From positions 9,730 through 73,729 of the forward strand of contig JBAZPZ010000001.1 in the NCBI GenBank assembly GCA_041645495.1: a stretch of DNA of 64,000 bases, in the 5' to 3' direction. Under the pieces are notes generated by a model that saw only the letters and a list, made by a program, of their open reading frames with translations, was not told the DNA's origin and searched no databases. A program made the translations under genes and the position numbers. The DNA comes from Fidelibacterota bacterium (GTDB taxonomy: Bacteria > Fidelibacterota > UBA2242). Of this stretch, positions 59,873 to 64,000 are shown piece by piece (within the stretch, counting starts at the first letter, position 1; every line of letters begins with the position of its first letter).

Positions 59873-61333
59873 TCAGGTTTTTAGAAGATCTTCGTACACT
59901 TTCAGATATTCATCCGCGGATTTGTCCCATGAGAAATCCTCAACCATTCCGTTCGTCATGAGCGTTTTCCAGTCGGGCTTATTCCTAAAAACGTTGAACG
60001 CATTTCCGAGTGACGCCAACAGCGAATCGATCGAATAATTGTCGAATAAGAATCCATTTCCTGTCTGACCATCCCATTGCCTGACGGTATCGACAAGCCC
60101 GCCGGTTTTGTGAACGACCGGAACCGCTCCGTATTTGAGCGCCAGCATCTGAGTAATACCGCAAGGTTCATAACGGGACGGCATGAGAAAAATATCGGCG
60201 CCCGCGAGAATTTTATGACACATCGGATTGTTGTATCCGAAATTGACTGACACTCTGCCGGAAAATCGCGCCGCGATGTCTTTGAACGCGGTATGATATT
60301 TTTCCTCGCCGCTTCCCAGCAGGATCAATCCGACATCCATTGCCATCATCCGGTCGATGCCTTCAAGAATCAGGTCGATGCCTTTCTGCTCGACGAGCCG
60401 CGAGACAATGCCGATCAACGGCTTTTCGATAATGAAATCCTTTAAATCCGTTCCGAGAATCAGCGCCTGTTTGTTCTTCCGCTTTCCGGCAAGATTTTCA
60501 GGACTGTAATTGATGGCGATTTCAGGATCCGATGCAGGATTCCATTTCGAATAATCTACGCCATTCAGAATGCCGATGACCGGTTTCTTTCGATTTATCA
60601 TCACGCCTTTTAATCCGGCGCTGATGGCGGTATTCGTCGTCAATTCCTGAGCGTGCGTTTTGCTGACCGTTGTGACGACGTCGGCAAAGATGATCCCGGC
60701 TTTCAACGGATTGATCTGGTCGTACCACTCCATCGGCTCGGTCGGCGCAAAGAGATAACTCGGAAGACCGAAAACATATTTTTTATCGAAAGATGTGACG
60801 CTTTGGTAAGCGATATTGTGAATCGTCAGAACGGTTTTAATGGATTTATAAATCGGTTCGTCCGCGTAGGTAGTTTTTAGATAGACGGGAATCAGCGCGG
60901 CGTGATTATCGTGACAGTGAATGATGTCCGGAATCCAGTTCAGTTCGGCAATAAGTTTCAATGCGCATTTTTGCAGAAGCACGAATCTTTCCGGATTATT
61001 GATGTAAGGATTTCCGCGCTTATCGGTATAGACGCCTTTGCAGGAGTAAAATTCATCGTTTTCGATAAAATAGATTTCGAGATTTTCTTGCTCCGGAAGA
61101 GTCCATTTCAGCAACGAACATTTCGTCGGGATGCCGCCGATTTCGATTTCAAAGGCCAGCGACGTTTCCTGAAAAACGAATTTTGTTCGGTCGATAGCGC
61201 CGTAAGCAGGCGTGATGATTTTCACCGAGACGCCTTTTTTGACTAATGCCGCCGGCAACGCGCCAATGACATCGCCGAGCCCGCCAACTTTCGAGAACGG
61301 ACTGACTTCCGCCGCAACAAACAGAACGTTCAT
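59873..61333 (-). CDS. glgA: Glycogen synthase (ADP-glucose type)
   Basis: The 486-aa ORF has the GlgA N-terminus 'EVSPFSKVGGLGDV'. Confidence 0.85.
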   Translation of the reverse strand: MNVLFVAAEVSPFSKVGGLGDVIGALPAALVKKGVSVKIITPAYGAIDRTKFVFQETSLAFEIEIGGIPTKCSLLKWTLPEQENLEIYFIENDEFYSCKGVYTDKRGNPYINNPERFVLLQKCALKLIAELNWIPDIIHCHDNHAALIPVYLKTTYADEPIYKSIKTVLTIHNIAYQSVTSFDKKYVFGLPSYLFAPTEPMEWYDQINPLKAGIIFADVVTTVSKTHAQELTTNTAISAGLKGVMINRKKPVIGILNGVDYSKWNPASDPEIAINYSPENLAGKRKNKQALILGTDLKDFIIEKPLIGIVSRLVEQKGIDLILEGIDRMMAMDVGLILLGSGEEKYHTAFKDIAARFSGRVSVNFGYNNPMCHKILAGADIFLMPSRYEPCGITQMLALKYGAVPVVHKTGGLVDTVRQWDGQTGNGFLFDNYSIDSLLASLGNAFNVFRNKPDWKTLMTNGMVEDFSWDKSADEYLKVYEDLLKT

Positions 61334-61350
61334 CGTTACCTTCTAATTCT

Positions 61351-63084
61351 CTATTTCACGACTTCCGTTTCCCGGGGTTTCAGCGAGCGCCAATAAGTAA
61401 AATCGATATCTGGAAAAACGTCGTCAACCTCTTCGATCTTCGCCAGATAAACCTGCTCTCGTTCGGTCAGGAGTTTGTTGTGATCGTAGCTGATTAAAAT
61501 TTTCGCGAGGCGTTTGATATGTTCGGCATGAACCGTCAGACGGCTTTCGGCGTAATCGCGCGCACTCCACGTGCTGATCAGGAATTGCCAATCGGAACTC
61601 TCGATGAGTAAAACCTCGCGCGCCAACTGATTCAAAATGCGGCGAATGACGTCGTCTTTGGTTTCGGCATACTTATTTGCCAGTTCGACCATTTGATCTT
61701 CGGCGGCATAGACATGCTTCCAAGTCCATTCGGTCCATTCGTTGAGCCAGATGTAATGAAATCCGCCCTGTCCCCACGAACCTTCGGGCATCGAAATAAC
61801 CGTTTGTGGGCGGCTTTTTTCCAAATGGTTTCCGAGCGTAATGACCTGAACGCCGCCATTTTTGTTCAATTTCCTCAACACTTTCCCGATGAAGCGCGGC
61901 CCTTCATGCCACCAGTGACCGAACAACTCCGTATCGAACGGCGCGGTCAGGATTCCGACCTTTCCACTTTCGCGGTGGTAATTGTCAATGTAGGAACCCA
62001 ACAGTTCGACGAAGTGAGTCGCCTGATTTTCCAGCGCGTCTTCGACGTCTTCGGGATAATATTCCTGTTTGTCGGCGAGATCGGCTTTCGCGCTGGTCAC
62101 CTTCCAGTAGCGATGACCGCCCGGAAAATGCTTCTTGTGAAAATCCAGATAACGACCGTCGCCGGGATAACCATACTCGCCGCTCCAAACCTGCAGCGAG
62201 GATTCTTCGTGCCGTCCGTACACGACTGCCGCGCGGCTGGTTCCTGTCGATGACACGAGATAATTTTCGTAGATCGATCGCTCTTTTTCTTCGTCGAGCG
62301 GTTTCCAGTTCTTCTCGAATTGTTTCCAGAGCGCCTTGAGCGAGTCGAACCGGTCTAAATAGACACCGCGGTTTTTCCCGCCGAGAATCAAATGTTTATC
62401 GACAATAAAATACTGGATATCGTATTTAAACAGGAATTCTTCGACGCCTCTTCTGTAAATTTTCTTCGGATATTCCGCAATCGGCGAAGTCCATTCATAG
62501 CTCGGACGGTAGGCGCATTCCGGCAACCAGATTCCTTTCGGATCGCGTCCGAAATGTCTGCGGTAAGTTTCCTTTCCGACATGAACCTGTGCGTCGATGG
62601 ATTCGTCCGTTCCCAGCAAAGGAAAATAACCATGCGTCGCGGCGCAAGTGATGATTTCCAGATGTCCGCCGTCCTGCATTTTTTTAAAGGCCATAACGAT
62701 GTTTCGGTCAATTTGCGATAGAAAATAGGATTTGGTCCGGCTGTACTTGCCTTTCCACATGTCAGCCAACTGCTTGAGATGTTCCTGCCCCTGATTTTCA
62801 AATTCGGCGAGATTTTCCTCGGCGGCAGCGATTTTCTGATCGAGATAATGAACGAAACCGTGCTTGAACTTCTCGGATGCCAGTTGTTCCGTTAATATCG
62901 GCGTCAGTCCGATTGTGACATTGGGAGAAATTCCTTCGGAAATGAGCGATTGAAATTCGCTCAACAGGGGAATGTAGGTTTCTGCGGCGGCTTCATACAA
63001 CCAGTCCATTCCGTGCGGCCATTCACCGTGATTGATGACATACGGCAAGTGACTGTGAAGGACTAAACTAAAGTATCCTTTCAT
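61351..63084 (-). CDS. GH57-family 1,4-alpha-glucan branching enzyme
   Basis: The 577-aa ORF starts 'LVLHSHLPYV', the GH57 N-terminal signature, and has the branching-enzyme-like C-terminal domain. Confidence 0.75.
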   Translation of the reverse strand: MKGYFSLVLHSHLPYVINHGEWPHGMDWLYEAAAETYIPLLSEFQSLISEGISPNVTIGLTPILTEQLASEKFKHGFVHYLDQKIAAAEENLAEFENQGQEHLKQLADMWKGKYSRTKSYFLSQIDRNIVMAFKKMQDGGHLEIITCAATHGYFPLLGTDESIDAQVHVGKETYRRHFGRDPKGIWLPECAYRPSYEWTSPIAEYPKKIYRRGVEEFLFKYDIQYFIVDKHLILGGKNRGVYLDRFDSLKALWKQFEKNWKPLDEEKERSIYENYLVSSTGTSRAAVVYGRHEESSLQVWSGEYGYPGDGRYLDFHKKHFPGGHRYWKVTSAKADLADKQEYYPEDVEDALENQATHFVELLGSYIDNYHRESGKVGILTAPFDTELFGHWWHEGPRFIGKVLRKLNKNGGVQVITLGNHLEKSRPQTVISMPEGSWGQGGFHYIWLNEWTEWTWKHVYAAEDQMVELANKYAETKDDVIRRILNQLAREVLLIESSDWQFLISTWSARDYAESRLTVHAEHIKRLAKILISYDHNKLLTEREQVYLAKIEEVDDVFPDIDFTYWRSLKPRETEVVK

Positions 63085-63245
63085 ATCTGAATCCTTTTAT
63101 TATTTTCTCTTGAATACACATGAACAAAATACGACACCGCGGGAAAATTTCAAACGCTTATGAAAAAAATATGGCTGGAATCGTCGTGGCTCTGATGATT
63201 AAATATTTAACATCAGATAGAATTATTCGACCGATTTTAAAACTC

Positions 63246-63277
63246 AAACGGGACAGTCCCTAAGGAGTGTCCCGTTT
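63246..63277 (-). terminator. Rho-independent terminator of the RRM gene (minus strand)
   Basis: The near-perfect 32-nt palindrome aaacgggaca...tgtcccgttt is followed, on the minus strand, by TTTGAGTTTTAAAAT. Confidence 0.55.
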
Positions 63278-63311
63278 AGTTTATATGGACGTTTATTTCG
63301 TCGAAAACGAC

Positions 63312-63671
63312 TTAGAAACGGCCGCCGCGTCTGGGCCCGCTGGAGTTTCTGCTGCCGCCGCCGCCACCGGGACGACCACCGCCGAAACCACCGCCAAAAC
63401 TTCTGCCACCGCCGCTATGACCGCCTTCACTGCGCGGACGAGCTTCATTGACAGAAAGAGCGCGATTGCTGAACTCTTTACCATTCATATTGCTGATTGC
63501 CGCTTGCGCTTCGCCAGTCGTCGGCATTTCAACAAATGCAAATCCTCTCGGATCTCCGGAAAATTTGTCTTTAATGATAGAAACGGTTGAGACCTGTCCA
63601 AACGCTTCGAAAGCGCTTCTCAGTTCTTCTTCACTGACATTGGGTGATAAGTTCCCTACATAGATATTCAT
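63312..63671 (-). CDS. RRM-domain RNA-binding protein with a Gly/Arg-rich C-terminal tail
   Basis: The 119-aa ORF has RNP-2 'IYVGNL' and RNP-1 'RGFAFVEM', followed by a GGGRSFGGGFGGGRPGGGGG tail. Confidence 0.85.
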   Translation of the reverse strand: MNIYVGNLSPNVSEEELRSAFEAFGQVSTVSIIKDKFSGDPRGFAFVEMPTTGEAQAAISNMNGKEFSNRALSVNEARPRSEGGHSGGGRSFGGGFGGGRPGGGGGSRNSSGPRRGGRF

Positions 63672-64000
63672 GTTGACCTCCTTTTGTGATCTTGAACATT
63701 TTACTTCTTCTTACTAAAACCTGGGCTAAATTGCCAATCGCCATCCGGGCTCCATGTCCAACACCAAAAAGAAAGTCCTACACATCGCCGACCTGATTCA
63801 GAGAATCAAGTGGCCTTTCGGATTTCTCAGGCGGAATGTTTCCTTGTCGATTAGTTTCCACTGGTTAAGTCACTTATCAAATAACTGTGAAATAACCTAC
63901 TGGTACTTTTCCACATAAACAAGATTTAATTTCCGGGCGGTTTTAATTTTAATCATTCAGTTTGTTGATTTTCATTATTTACAAATTTAAACCTAACAGC

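Overview
This is a bacterial chromosomal window of about 50% GC. The gene content, including DUF5916, GH57 and an ablAB-like pair, suggests an uncultivated member of the Fibrobacteres-Chlorobi-Bacteroidetes group; this attribution is low-confidence.

The centre of the window (14.5-46.4 kb, all on the minus strand) is the complete housekeeping translation/transcription super-cluster, in the ancestral E. coli-like order. A four-tRNA array (thrU-tyrU-glyT-thrT) is followed by tufB, rpmG, tRNA-Trp, secE, nusG, rplKAJL, rpoBC, rpsLG-fusA-tufA, the S10, spc and alpha operons, and ends with rplQ.

The two tuf genes lie in a 1207-bp perfect repeat.

The left flank (0-14.5 kb) carries metabolic and envelope genes (nagA, a polysaccharide deacetylase, a DUF5916 protein, manA, DUF1330, an EamA transporter). 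It also carries a candidate orphan CARF-nuclease (Card1-like, DUF1887) and a tight four-gene operon: lysine 2,3-aminomutase, GNAT and two D-Ala-D-Ala-ligase-like ATP-grasp genes. Beyond that are a hemolysin-III channel and a GHL10 hydrolase.

The right flank begins directly beside the tRNA array with an ~11-kb accessory block (46.7-57.8 kb) that is partly AT-rich. Its components are:
- a MerR regulator in an operon with a cytoplasmic VIT-vWA protein;
- a cytoplasmic TPR plus atypical histidine-kinase-like ATPase, translationally coupled to a REC-domain fusion protein;
- a standalone 160-aa paralogue of that fusion's C-terminal domain;
- a DUF4143 AAA ATPase;
- a RelE/ParE-RHH toxin-antitoxin pair;
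- an RtcR-like CARF-sigma54 activator with no rtcBA nearby.

The window ends with LPS-sugar genes, a glycogen cluster (glgA plus a GH57 branching enzyme) and an RRM RNA-binding protein.

No CRISPR array, rRNA, integrase or transposase was seen.
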